Below are positions 36,960 to 50,707 of a stretch of 64,000 bases of DNA, piece after piece (the first letter of the stretch is position 1; every line of letters begins with the position of its first letter). Under the pieces are notes generated by a model. The model was given only the letters and a program-made list of their open reading frames with translations. It was not told the DNA's origin and did not search any database. The stretch spans positions 17,298,001 to 17,362,000 of the forward strand of contig JAQFVV010000010.1 of the NCBI GenBank assembly GCA_028023455.1, read 5' to 3'. Position numbers and translations under genes: made by a program. The DNA comes from Epiperipatus broadwayi (taxonomy: Eukaryota; Animalia; Onychophora).

Positions 36960-39600
36960 GATATATTGTACCAGTCGAAAAAACACCACCACCCGAATGC
37001 AAGTCGGATCCAAACTCAGCTGAACCAAACTAAATTCAAACCCAACTCACCAGCTCAGATTAGTAGAAATCTAAATCGACGGCACAGTACTATGCGCCAA
37101 GAAACTAGCTCAATGGTTGGTGAGGACTAGAGCCCCCTGAACTGACACTAATATCGGATAATTAATTTACTAAATATAATTTTAAATCGAATCATATGTA
37201 TATGTTTGGGTTGCCAACACAGTCAGTGAGCATTAACATTTAAAATAATTATTGAATAAAAGAATTAAGAACTAAGAAACCAAGTGTGTTTAGAAATATT
37301 TAATAATAATAGTTTGTTTTGTTTGAATTTTAAATAATGATTATATTAATTAATTCTAGTCCTTAAACAAAGTTTATAATTATAATAAGAGTGGCAGTCC
37401 TTATTATATGCCAATGAGTATTACGCAATATTTGAAAGTCTATCTGTCTATGTCCCCAACAAGAAAATAAAGGCAGATAAAGGTATTCATTTGTAAAGGA
37501 CATTATTACTCTATTTTTATTACGACAGAATGTGAGATTTATTTTCACATTCGCAAATCCATTCATGAAGAGCAAGATACGTATTTAGGGCATAACGTTA
37601 ACCTTTTATTAGAAAACTTATTTACTTTGAGATAACTGAGAATTTGTTTGACTTTAATTGAAATCACTTCATCACGAATTACAAGCATCAGAGCGGGCTT
37701 TACTGGAACAAAGAGGTAACGGTGCTGACGAATTATGAGTTATAAAATGAAAGATAATCACTGGTCGGTAGTTTAAGTCTCATGGCGGCTTGTCTTTCAC
37801 AAGTCTTACTGCCCTTTTGAGATGTAGAACACGAGGGAAACCAGGCCGAGTCGTAACTACGAACCCTTGGTGTTCCAATTATAACATGAACAGGGGAGGA
37901 AGTGTTTTCTTCCTCGATTATTTGAAATAACAGAAATATTACTACCGACAAGCAGGCGAAACGAAAGATAGCCCTACGCCAGCAACGTTCGAAGATGATG
38001 ACTTAATAGTCACCGTTTGAAAAATAAAACCCAATTGTAGAATGCTCTACGTGATGACTTGATCAAATGAATTAAAGTCAAACGAGCTTTTAACTAACAT
38101 TATTTTAAAGTATTTGTAAATCATATTAATTATGCCCCAATCATCGTGCCCTTCCTGAATCTTAATAGAAAATAACAAAGTTGAATTAGAATATATTTAT
38201 TTGATTCCTTTATCAGCCCTTTTGCAAAAAACATTTTAAGAATATATATGAATAAATAAATATTAGTGAAATGAGAAAATAGCGGTGGCATAGATTAGAA
38301 ACGGAGCTAATAATTTATTATTAGCCAATGATAAAAATAACAATCATTTAATAATTTCTTTCGACTCAATGATTGATCGAACTGTATAAATCTAGTTCTA
38401 ATGGGTGAGAATTAACTATCAGAATTAATCTTATATTACTTGTATAAGGCAAAGGAAATGAAGGAGATCATCGAGTCGAAGGATTATTGGCATATAATTA
38501 AAAATAACAACATTAATAAATTTACTCAATAAATATACATAATAAAATAAATGAACCGCCATCGTGAGAAAGGAAAGTTAAATTTAAAGACTAGAAGTTG
38601 AGAGAATTATGATATAATAGCATAAATAAAAGTAAATTTACACAGAGATTTTTACACAGAGATTATTACATTTATAGAATGAAAAGTGCTCTTAAAGGGA
38701 GTGTAAAGTAAAGTTAGGAACTGGCCAGAAAGTTTAAGGTTCATTATGGAAATATATTACCCATTTCTTCCGGGGCTGGTTCCTTAGGTTACACGTCTGA
38801 GTTGGAAAAAACGTAGGCATGCATTTAGTTGATTACTTGAACAGCATTTTATTTGATTTTGGCAGCCTGATTTGTCCGGAAAGAATTTAGCAGCTTCATT
38901 GAAGATTCTCAAAGGGCTTCAGGAACCGTAGCCAGATTCCTGATCTTCTAGCCCTTCACCATAATCGAAACACTATTTAAAATGCACCGAGTTTACTGCA
39001 CTTCTCTACAGCAAAGATGGCTTTTTCTCTCCAAACTTTTCAGAGCTATATATACTGTCCTCTGATGCCTTCAGGCTAGCGCTTTTATTATAGTTGTTTT
39101 TAGATACATTCCTTCGATAAGGCTTTCAAACTCATTAACTTGAATTCATTTTCTAATTAGAAAATGAATTCTTAAAATCAGAAAATGATTTTAATTAGGA
39201 AATCCTTATCTTTTTTTCTAATTAGTAAAACTTTAACTATTGTTTTTGTAAAGGGAAAATCTGAAAGCTTATCGAAAGAATGTAGCTTTTCATCAATAAA
39301 ACTTTAACAAATTATTTAAAAATAAAATCAAACATTCCCGACACAATGAAACTTTTAAACAATTATATATATTTAAATATTTACAAATATATACGCACAA
39401 TCCACGCAGTTATAATACATAAATTCATGAATAATTCTATCATGAATTTATTAATAGAATTGATCAATTTAAATCTGAAACTAATTAATTTTAATACACA
39501 TTTATGAAATAAGTTATTCTTTATGGAAATTAGCGTGGATTGAACGTATAAAGTCCCACTACATCGGAAATTTAAGGTTAGTACTAGGGTTTGAAGTGGG
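36960..39600. promoter_or_regulatory. CpG-retaining island, possible promoter or enhancer region
   Basis: Hand count of 18 CpG in 37621-38040 versus 0 in 1021-1440. No TIR, LTR or TE protein motif recognised. Function is inferred only. Confidence 0.35.
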
Positions 39601-41399
39601 CTTATGGCTAGATGTCATGAAGCTAGGATCAAACTCAGATCCGACTGCTTCACTATCTAGAAAAGTATTTGGAATTTTATAGAAGTACACAATCTTTCTA
39701 TATATTCCCAGTTTTCCAATTTAGTAAGTTAAATATAAAATTCTATAGCTGTTTGAAATTTATTTAGTATTTCTAAGATAGTGTAAAAATTACTTGTAGT
39801 CTGAAATTTTATTTAATATCTATGAATACTATAGTTAATGTATGCTTTTACTGACAGTAGACATAAAAAGTCCTTGCACTTTCCATGCTATTATATGTAA
39901 TAGAAAAATTAAAATTGCAAATGGTGATACTGATTTAAAGAGCTCCTTAATTTTGTATATATAGTTTTTTTAAATATTTTCCCAATATTTAAATAGCTTC
40001 ATATGGTTTTTATAAGGTAGTTGTTTACAGCTTCAAATAAATCAGTCCAGTTAACTATATAAGCCAATTTAAAGTCTATTTATATAATATGTTAATTTAA
40101 TGTATGTTACATAACTGATTAGGTCTAGGATTCTAAAGACAAAATATTGCAGATCTAGATGACAATATATATTGTAACAGTAGAGATTCCCTAAGGAAGG
40201 AGCAAGGTGGTCATATCTCACTACAATCAGATTTGAGGTCTTCATATAGGATGCTATGAATAAAATGATTTAACTTTAATCTAAAATTAAATTTATTTAA
40301 AACAGGATTATTTAATATTAAATATAGACACATTTTAAGCTAAATCATTCAATATTCACCTTTATTAATCGTTTCATTATGCTCAGAATTCAAACTCATG
40401 GTAGTTTTTGCAATTAATTCTTTTAGGGGTTTCCATCAATTCTACAGCAATAACAATATAATCTCAATATAATTTTAAAATTTATTTCAACCAAGTTATT
40501 AGGATATAAAATAAATATATGTGTGCGTGGATATATGTATTTACCTTTATTTTGATTTGTAAAATGAATAAATAGATTAAATAAATTAGAAATTTTTTTA
40601 AATTTAAAATAAACTTTAACGATATTTAATAAGGTGCATGTACTAAGGTTTTAGCCTTATATAAGTATTAATATAGCAAAAAAAAAATATCATAATTGCT
40701 TTACTCATGCACACCTATATTATTTCATAATTTTAAATAATTAATACATTCTCATATTCCTCATAACACGAACAGATTCTAATAATTTATAACCTAATAA
40801 ACAAATTTTTATAATTCACAAAAAAGAATTATAAAAGTGCTAAACTAGCTAATCTTGATTTAATTCATATACAATAAATAGTAATATTATATTATGCATC
40901 ATGAGACCATTCCTATGTGTAGTCATCATTAAAATATATATATATAATCTTTCATATAAGATATTATTATTTACACAACTAACAACAAACAAACATCATA
41001 TTAATCAAGTTAGTAACAATAAAGTTCTGTCATGTCATGAATAAATCCAATATGAAGAATGATAAAATCTTACCTTCATATTAAGTTTACTTTTATACCT
41101 GAGTTCATATCTCACTCAAGTTGCTTTCATAGAATACCTAAATTTTATTAAATATCTAACAAAAAAATATTTGATTTCATGATCTTCTATTCCTCTTTAT
41201 TTAATCTTTCTTAAATGAAGTATTCCAATGGCAAACAGATTTTAGTAACAAAGGAAATAAAATTAAATATTTTTAAATTCACAAAGATAATAGATTTTAG
41301 TAAAAGTTCATATTATTGTCCTATTCATCTCCATATTTGTGAAGTAATGTTCATTAAAAATAAAGTTCTTTGTTTCTTGGTCATTATTTATCACAGAGG

Positions 41400-42700
41400 C
41401 AATCAATATATCCCTTTATTCCCAAATATTCTTGCATGATATTGACATCTTCCACAAATGATTTCAGTACCAATTGGAGTTTCATTTAAATTATATAGAT
41501 GAAATTTATATATCTTTAGGCATTTCACTAGGAATAAGTAATTACATTTATCTTCAGTTAAAATGATAGAATTATAACCTATGACAAGTGATGTTTGCTC
41601 AATATGCATTTTTCTCCATGTATAATCTTCTTAAATTAATTTTGGTTTAAATATATAAATGTTTTTTGAATAAATTTATCTATTTCATAATTCCAAATTA
41701 GAACAATTTTATAAGCTTTTCTAATTAATAAAACATATATAATTTCGTTTTGAAAATATGAATAATATTAATAGAGTACTTTATTTATTCTTCTATTTGA
41801 GTGATATTAGAATTTGTTTTCTAATAAAATTTATCAATAAGCAAATCATTCAAATTATTAATCTATCTTTTTAAAAGTATTCTATATTCGAACACAGTAA
41901 GATTATTGTACATAGTGGCTAGTACGTCAGCAAAAGATAGAATTCCTTAATAAATTATCTAATTCAGTATTTATAGTAGAATCAACTTCCAATAGCATGT
42001 ACTGCATATATTTAATTTTCATGATTTTTACATTCTACAATTATATTGATAATCAATAATTGAATTGAATTTCATTTCCTTTGTATTAGTTGCTAGGCTG
42101 CAACTTGACCTTGAGGTTATATCTATGTAAACATCTTGGTTAATAAATTTTATTAGTTTAAACAATAGTTTTTATACATTTGAATGAAAAATAACTATTT
42201 TAAATTGTTTTAATTTTATTTTTTTTATTTTAAGTTGTGATAGTATTTGGAATATTGTCTGTATATCATATCCTTTGCTTTATTTTACTGACATGGCATA
42301 TTGTTAGTTATTAATTTTTTTATTTTATATCTTGCAATGCAATGGGGAATGGTGGTAAACTTGGTGTAGGAATGTTTGTATTTTGATATATTGTTAACAC
42401 AATGATATTAAATATATTTATTTTTAAGTTATACTTATAGTGAGGTCCTCTCCCTTTTCCCTCTATAATTTTCTATGAAAAATTGGATATAATGGTGGGC
42501 TGTAAAATCAACTTGTAATGCTTGTTGGCATTACGGCATTTTATGTTTAGAAATGAAAACAAATATATTATATAGCAGTGTTGTTTTACTTTTAAAAAAG
42601 TTGTATGCATCAATGCAATGTTGTCTTCGAAGAGACTGCAATATTTTATTTTGTTTTTTAATACTAGCAATAGATTTTTATAAGTGTTGTTTAAAGCCAT
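41400..42700 (-). mobile_element. Possible decayed Penelope-like element remnant
   Basis: Weak echoes of the PLE RT N-terminus (KNKIK...QPT) at 42473-42700 and of GIY-YIG (HIEQT ~ YIGQT; LKIYK...LNE) at 41403-41609. The spacing is irregular. Confidence 0.3.
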
Positions 42701-44094
42701 CTTTCAATATGACTATTCCTGATTTTTGAAGTAATTTATTTTGTATGCCATGCAAGATAGTTATGCCTTTTTTACTATAAAAAGCATCTATAAAAATAAA
42801 ACAAAGGTCCTATATAGTTTAGGGTATTAAGTAAAGTGGTAGACTGGAACTCAAATTCTATGGATTGTGATTCTGCTTCATCATCTCCAGTGTTCAAAGT
42901 CTTCTGAATTTTTGAGCAATTAATTATTCTATTATTTTTTAATAGACAAATGATTATATAATTTATTTGTCAAGATAGTTTGTAAATATTTTTTATTAGT
43001 TATTAATCAAGATTTTTACTCTATTAGATTTGTATTTTAAAATAAAGCATTTGCCTAGATTATTTATTACATAAATAAGAGAATTTTAATTAATCTTTGT
43101 TTCATTTAGAATAAAAATATTAAGTAGATGAATTAAATAATTGAAGACGTTATTTTATTTGAATTTTTTTTCATTCTCTCTCTAATGTTTAGTGTTAAAA
43201 AATTTTAATTTTTGTTATGTTTTCAGTTATTATTTATTTTCTTTGTTTCTTTTATCCACTTTACTTTCTATTGCAGGAATCTATTTTTTTTTCGGCCAAG
43301 GCCCACATATAAAAATTTTTAGCATATGGCAAGCCAATGATATTTATTATTAAAAGATTTTACTAAACAAAGTCAATTATCATTGTAATATCATCATAAT
43401 AACAATCATTTTTTAGTTCTTAAAATCAATGAGATATTTGTTGTTTTGTTTTAGAAATTATTGAGATGTTCAATTTTTGTGTTTGAAGTCTCTAATTATC
43501 TTACAAAGGTTTATCTCTTATGTTTGATTGATATTTCAATTTTATATATTTCATTTTGAAATATGTTTGTTCACATTAGTATTACAAAAAATAAAAAATG
43601 TTCTCGCCAAATTTTTTAATTTTGGAAATTTATTTTATTCAATGTTTTATGAAAATTAATCAGATTTTCATTTTTGAATAATGTTTTCGAGTTATTGCTT
43701 GTGGATTATTTATTTAATTCTAAATCTTTATGTACTTCTAAAAGATTTATGTTGAATGGATTTTGAAATAATGAAAATAATTTTTTTTTTATCCTTGAAA
43801 TTAATTGATTATGAAAGATTTCCATCAATAAGTCAATAGTTTGAGTAAATTTAGTAGGAAAATCACATTTTGACATATTTATGTTGTACTAACTTTCACC
43901 ACATGAAAAAATGGGAAAAATTGTATTGGTTGATTTTTAAATAATACTTTTTTTTTTTTTTGAAAAGTCTTAATATTGTATTACAAGTTATATTAAAAAT
44001 TGAATACAACCTTGCAATTTTTTTTTCAAATGTTTACAAATATTGTTTAAAAATACAAATTTCTATAAAAATTGGAATATGTAATATGGGGAGC

Positions 44095-44495
44095 ATTCAA
44101 TAAATGCAATAAGATAAAATATTTAAAATATCTATCTAGAATATTCTTATCCCCAGACCAATTGGTTTCGAGGTTATGACTCACCTCAACGAGGGGCTAG
44201 ACTATTCAGACACTAGATTCAAAATATCAACTCAAAACCCAGCACTTATTTAATACATAACTATTGAGAAGAAAATCTGAAATTTTCAAACATAAAAATG
44301 TCTTTAAATCCAGCTATCTAATCAAATAGCTATATGGGACTGAACCAAATTCAGATCTACCATATATTTTATTAATAGCCTTAGCATCGCCAAAGCCTTA
44401 AAGGTAAAATTATAATAATCAATAAAGCAAGTCAATTGGTCTGTGGGTAAGAATATTCTAAATTTAAATATTTTCTCTTACCGCACTTATTAAAT
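44095..44495. repeat. ~400-bp inverted-repeat element (63-70-bp arms), either a MITE or a PLE inverted junction
   Basis: 44095-44164 (ATTCAATAAATGCAATAAGATAAAATATTTAAA...TAGAATATTCTTATCCCCAGACCAATTG) matches the reverse complement of 44433-44495. No clear TSD. Confidence 0.75.
44151..44196 (-). ncRNA. Decayed minimal type I hammerhead-ribozyme-like motif
   Basis: The minus strand reads CCCCTCG-TTGAGGT-GAGT cata ACCTC-GAAA-CCAATTGG-TC-TGGGG. It has stem I (with wobbles), a core matching CTGANGA at 5 of 7 positions, stem II, GAAA, a palindromic stem III (ACCAATTGGT) and a GUC site. Confidence 0.5.
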
Positions 44496-44904
44496 AAGAG
44501 CTTGTTTGAGCTATTGGTACACTCCCTATATTACATATTTGTAAATACAAGCTTTTTAAAAACAATGTCATGTTATATTTGACTTGCTTTTTTGATTATT
44601 AAAAATTGGGATCGGATTAGTTTTACATTTTGATTCATGAATATATTTATTTTGGTTGTATGTTGAAAAAATGTTTTTAATACATTGCTATGATTCAACC
44701 ATCATACATCCATATATTTACACCAATAATGGTTCAAACATTTTTATATATAAAATTAACATTACTAATTACTATTGATATGATTGAGTCCAAAGATAAA
44801 AATTTAGTATACAGTAATTGCTGATAAATTATGCAATAAAATTGCATATGTTTTTCTATGTTTTGAATCAAAATATTAATTAATATGGCTTATGAAACTA
44901 ATAT

Positions 44905-45515
44905 GATTTCCAGTCATATTCTTGGCACTATTTCCAGTTAAGTTACAGATCTTCATACACTTTTAATTCACTTTTAAGTGGAGTAAGATCATTTGTGCTT
45001 TTAAAATTTTTGATTGATATTACACTGAAAAATGAGCAATTGTCCTGCAATAGTAAAATCCTTACTTTCATCAATTACACTTGAAAAATTTATAAAATCT
45101 GTAACTTTTTTTTTCAGTTGATCTTTAGCATTGATGAATGAGTCTTTGGTTCTTCTCAGTTGACAGTGATAAACTTCCAGCACAAAATTATTGAGTTGAT
45201 CACTACATATTCTACAATTAATAGACATACTCATTTCATAAATTCTCCATCAGTAAATGTTTCCTTCTCTTTTTTCAACAATAATCTGAGATGCTCATAA
45301 ACTAGCTCTAATTATATTAAAATTCTGATTTACGAAACATTTCATTTGTTGTTTCTGGTTTTTGAAATTCCGAGTTTTTGTAATTTTTTTATTTCATCAC
45401 TGTCCTTGAAAAGCTTTGCAAGTAGAAGCATGTTTTGACCAACAGTGGTGTTTTATATTATATTCGTTTAACATTGAAACTGTCTTTTTTTACATATGAG
45501 GCAGATATAGCTAGT
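44905..45515 (-). mobile_element. hAT Buster/Charlie-type (GTF2IRD2/SPIN-like) transposase fragment
   Basis: ICLIC..TVSMLNEYNIKHH..SKH (BED-finger-like; 45506 downward), TFTDGEFMK, and FSSVIDESKDFTIAGQLLIF (~FSLALDESTD.SDTAQL.IF; 45001-45090). Frameshifted, with no termini found. Confidence 0.75.
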
Positions 45516-48087
45516 ATAGTAGTTTACAAAAAAAAGTAATTAAGAGCCAAATGTTCTGGAAATGTGTCATTTTGAGTTGATTTGGGATTTTTTTTTAAAT
45601 GTGTTTATTGGTTGAAAATAAAATTGTTAATGAATTTTTATAAAAAAATAATATTGGTCTAGTAATGCACTTCAAGGATTATATAATATGACATAAGTCA
45701 AATAAAAATTCTAAATATTCTAATGAACTTACATATAAAAAGAGTGTTTCTACATATGACTAAAATGAGGTTTTATTTTACTGCTAGATTCTTGCTGAAG
45801 AGAAATTTTTAAAATTATTTTTCTATAGAAAGTTACTTTCTAAAAGCATTATCCCTGATAACACATTTCTCTTCTAATTTATATATTTATTTCAAAAAAG
45901 TTTTAAATTTTAATTACATTTTTAATCAAGAGATAGAACCATTTAGTCACATACATATTCATGATTTTAAATATTTTAGTTTTAACAATAACTGCATTTT
46001 TTAGTCAGACATCTTTAATTGACTTTTTTTAAATGCAAATTGACAAAAAATATGTAGATAAATAATTTTTTAAACTTTAATATACTTAGTATTTATTAAT
46101 AATATATTATATGTAATAAATCAAAGCACTATAAAATAAAATATTTTTTTTAGACAGTTATGTTAACAATAATAAAAATAGTAAATATGCAAAACTTTTT
46201 ATTTTTATGTAAATGCTTTAAAATATAAATTTTGCATTTTCTATTTTAATTTTGAAAGATATAATTATAGAAATGTATTATATAAATACATTTTGCTTTA
46301 CAAATAAAATAAATTAAATATGAATTGTTATTTTCAAATTCATTCAAAAAATATTGTCGTTGTCCCCTCTCCAACAAATTACTATATGATCATATCTTGT
46401 TGAAAGGCTAAATTGTCAGCATTATAGTTATTATAGTATGTACAACATAAATACAACTTTATGTACAGTATATTGGCATCACTCTCATGAGATTCCCAAC
46501 AATATCAGAAGGAATGCTATTGCCAAATGGAAGCTACTCACTATTATGCTGTTAACATTGCTGCAAAATTATAATATAAATGTATTATAAATTTGCATTT
46601 CATTAATATACTTTACAAATATTTGATATATAGCAATTAAAAAAGATTTCTCAAGATCAAATGTATATTGTATCTCAATAACATCCTTAAACAACATAAA
46701 TCTACTGGCAAGCTATAATTTTGGGACATCTTTTCTGTTGTATCATTGAAAAAAATTTTTTTAATTAACCTGTGTTTCTCCAGCATCATTCTTCTTTTGT
46801 ATATTTATTATGCTTTATGAAAATTTGTCTTAGAATATGGGCATAGTAAAAATTATGTTGCAAAGAAATAATTTCTTTATAAAAAAAATTGCTGTTTTAA
46901 TATTAAAAAAGAATGAGGTATTGGATTTCTGGATCATTTCTTCCCAACTCCAATAAGGTTAATTCCTCTTTTCGAAAAAAAAAAAGTTTTTTTTAGTTCT
47001 TTCCAAAAATGATTTTTAACTAAATAAGCATTAATGTATTTTTTTTTTTTATTGACATTATTTTTTAGTATTTGTTTTTGTTATAAAACAATGAAATTAA
47101 AACTTTGTGATGTACATTTTTCTGACGTCAACATAGTCCAGAAAATATTTATTTTAATTAAAAATAAATCATTTAAAAAACAAATAAATGAAAATATTTT
47201 AAAAATAAAATTACAAGAAATTCAACATTGTTGTAAAATTGGACATTGTTTGAGTGTATAAGATGATAGAAAACTGCAAACATTTTTTTTTTAGTTGTGC
47301 AGAAACTGTTGATAATATTGAAATGGAATCTGAGATTCAGATTACGCTTCACAGTCCTATCCGATCTTTCACCACCAAACTGGATTCAAATCCCAGTCCT
47401 ACATATATATACGCACCTATTCAGTTCAATTTTTTTTTTTAATTTTGTATTCAAAATAAACATTAACAAGAGATTTAATAATCTTGAATTAAATAAATCA
47501 ATAATAATATTTCATAGAATTTTAATAGGTCATATATGTGCGTAAATCACATGTATATATTAAAAGTGATAGGGGATTAGGTATAAATTAATATTTATAT
47601 TTGTATATGTTATATGAAAATGTATATTTAAAATTTTATATACTAAAAATACGTATGTATGTAATGGCATGGGATGATGCAATCGGCTTGGTTGCTTGTA
47701 AAAGCATTCTAAACCAAAATCAATTAGCATGATTAAATTATAATCACTATTAGAAAATTAAATAAATTTCATTAACAAAACTTATCGTTTGCTAAAATCT
47801 ATTTCTGAGCCAGAAATAGATTTAGAACAATTGTTTCAAAAATACTAATCTGTTTGCATTGTTTTACACTACCAGATTAACAAAGGAGAAATTCCTTACT
47901 AAAAGCTGCTCCACAGTATTCTTTTATAGCCACAGGTATTAGAACTTAATAGAATTCCTTAGATAAACTGGAATCATATAAATAGGGCCCAAATTCAGTC
48001 ATCAAAGAGAGTACATACATTCGTAAGGCATCCACCGAACGAATCTACATCACTCAAATTTTTTAAGAAACACCTTTCCATGACCAG

Positions 48088-50170
48088 GTCAACTCAACTC
48101 CAGCCAGCCCGCCACTACTGATGAACATCCGCGAACCTGCTGCTATACCGTGAAAACCAACCGGATGATCTGCTACCTGCTTTCCAAAGGTAACGCTATA
48201 AAGTGCCACCTTTATGAACTCAGAACTTTCTCCTGATTAACTCTTAAAATGTGAAAGAATTTAATATTAATTATTTGTAATTTTTATAGTCTATTTTATT
48301 CTATAACCATTTTTATTAGCCTCATAATTTTTTTCATTTTTAATTTAATGCGGCAATTATTTTATTAATATTTTGTCTAATATATATATATTTTAAATGC
48401 TAAATGACATTTCAATGAACTCCCACCCTCACCAGTATAGTTATTTTTACCTTAGCTTCTCGCATTAGATAGGAGTAACACATAATTTTAATTAGTTTGT
48501 TTTTACATTTAAAACTATAACACTTGCTAGGTTGGGAGATTTATTTTTAAAAAAAAAATGTTATACTAATCATTATACTTTTTGCATAAACAACAGAGGG
48601 AGAAATAAAGTTTCACCTTTGATTAGTTTACATTTTATACAATGTTAATAATTTCCATAAAAGCGCAATATTAATGCAAACAAATATGTTAAATGTATAT
48701 ATTACGTTTTATGTTTTTATTCTCGCCCATCTAAACATATATATATGAGTATTTTTCTTAAAGCACAACTTAGACTTAATTGTATACTATGTTATACATA
48801 TGTGGAGTTTTATTAAATAAGTGTAATGAAAGGTGGGGAGGGGATTTAGAACTTTGGCTGGTATAAAAAAATACTTTTCTAATAATGTCTTTAAACTACG
48901 TTCAATAAATATGATTATACCATTATCTTTGATGTTATCATTATAGGTTATATACTTAATTATAGATATTTGACTAGTTATTAGTCCGTCCCGAAGTGTT
49001 GTTAGCATAGGCCACTCATGTTATTAAGCTTTATCTAGAGACGTGCATCGGAACCCTCGAGTCATCTCATTTTCGTTTCAGGTCGTAAACAGGGCGATGA
49101 ATGTCCCTGGACCATGTATATATACTCACGTAGCAATGCATGGGATAATTCCGGCAAAGTTCAGCCCATTGCAATCCCTTTGTCAACCGATTCTACAAAA
49201 TGTAGGGTGGCAAGTCGGCTAGACTGTTCTATAATATGATAAAGCACCTCAAAGTATTGGATCCGCAAATATTTGGCCATTATGCTAACACCGCGACGCT
49301 TTATATTAGACCCCTCTTTTCAAAAAGCTCAAGCCTATAAATATCTGTATCTAATGTTATGGTCTAACTAAACATATCTCATAAATCAAATAACTTTTGA
49401 TGTGTCGCTTAACGACTCTATATATATAATTTAGAGAAATAATCCCACATACGTTCATCTTGCAAATAAAGTAAATAAATCTTTATTAAAAATTATATTT
49501 TCTTATATATTAAACTTATGATAGCTTGGTCGGTTAGTTAACCGACAATTATGTAACCCATCCTGGGATCAGTCAAGGTTGTGTTTTCGTTTGTAATTCG
49601 GGCGAATCATTATAATTGTACACTTTATAAATGCACTAGATTAATTGAAATGTCATTACGCCGCATCAAAATTCTTCATAACTTATTTGTAAATACTTAT
49701 GCTCAAATGCGAGTAAGCACAATATAACTTCTTTGTAATATGAGGCTAATCACCATTTAATATAATTCAAATGTATATTTTTTTTATTTCTATTTGTTCG
49801 TTATTAAATATAATTTTAAAACTAAACATCTGATCATTGCTCATTCTTTAATTAATTGATTTAGTTAAATTTTAAATGTCATGATTTGTGGAATGATGTA
49901 AGATCCCACTAAAGTTAAGCATAAGTGCTAGTCTGTTTTAAAATGTATATACGCATTTGTCATGATTTTCCCCTGAGTCTCTTTGTTTCTCCGATGTGCG
50001 ATGTCGGTCGGTGGTGAATTAAATATTCTAGTATCATCGGATTTGCTGCTCATAAGTAATTGAACCTGGTTATCTCGGCATTTTAGGGCAGAGTTCATGA
50101 TTGTTCCTGACATATGTATCTCGCACATGATTGGACTCGAGGTACTTTTGCTTAGATGCTAGATCTTATT
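48088..50170. other. Three CpG-rich blocks with candidate exon boundaries (unverified)
   Basis: Blocks at ~48000-48220, ~48980-49320 and ~49970-50170 are separated by AT-rich spacers. Good splice signals exist on both strands (e.g. minus-strand donor GTGAGT at 49129-49124; plus-strand acceptor TTTTCGTTTCAG ending at 49081). No known protein recognised. Confidence 0.25.
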
Positions 50171-50310
50171 ATGTGGACAGACAGTTTTGACCAGTACAAT
50201 ATGTATAGTTACCAAATATATTTAGACCTTTGTATGTGTATTTTTGTTCATGTAATAATCTTGTTTTTATTATCAATAATTTTTATAATAGAAATCTGAA
50301 TATGCTATTT

Positions 50311-50707
50311 CTGGGGTCCCCAACCCTATGCCCGTCGGCACCATGGCACCCGCAGACCATTTTATGTATGCCCACTGCTATCCGAACACGATAAAAAATT
50401 ATTTATCTGATACAAATAAATTTAATTTTTAAAATTTCTTATAAATTATTGTATTATATTGTAATCAAATTGTAGGGCATACTATACTTTTACAGCGTAA
50501 AAATATAAACGTTAATTATATGTTAAAATTTTATTTTTGAAATAAATATTTTTTTGTACATTATGTGTATTATAAACAATATCCAACTATAAATTTACAT
50601 TGAAAAATAAATGGTGCTCACCACCTGGTTGAAAAAACAAATGGTGCCCACCACCTGGCCTGTATTATAGAATGTGCTCTTAAGTGCAAAAAGGTTGGGG
50701 ACCCTTG
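50311..50707. mobile_element. hAT MITE (397 bp), Buster/Charlie-like
   Basis: 15-bp TIRs CTGGGGTCCCCAACC / GGTTGGGGACCCTTG (2 mismatches). Perfect 8-bp TSD TGCTATTT at 50303-50310 and 50708-50715, with a central TA. AAATGGTGCYCACCACCTGG is repeated twice internally. Confidence 0.93.

Noticed and set aside
36995-39651. Short inverted similarity GCAAGTCGGATC versus GATCCGACTGC bracketing the CpG island
   Set aside because: The match is only ~11 bp and does not extend, so it is compatible with chance.
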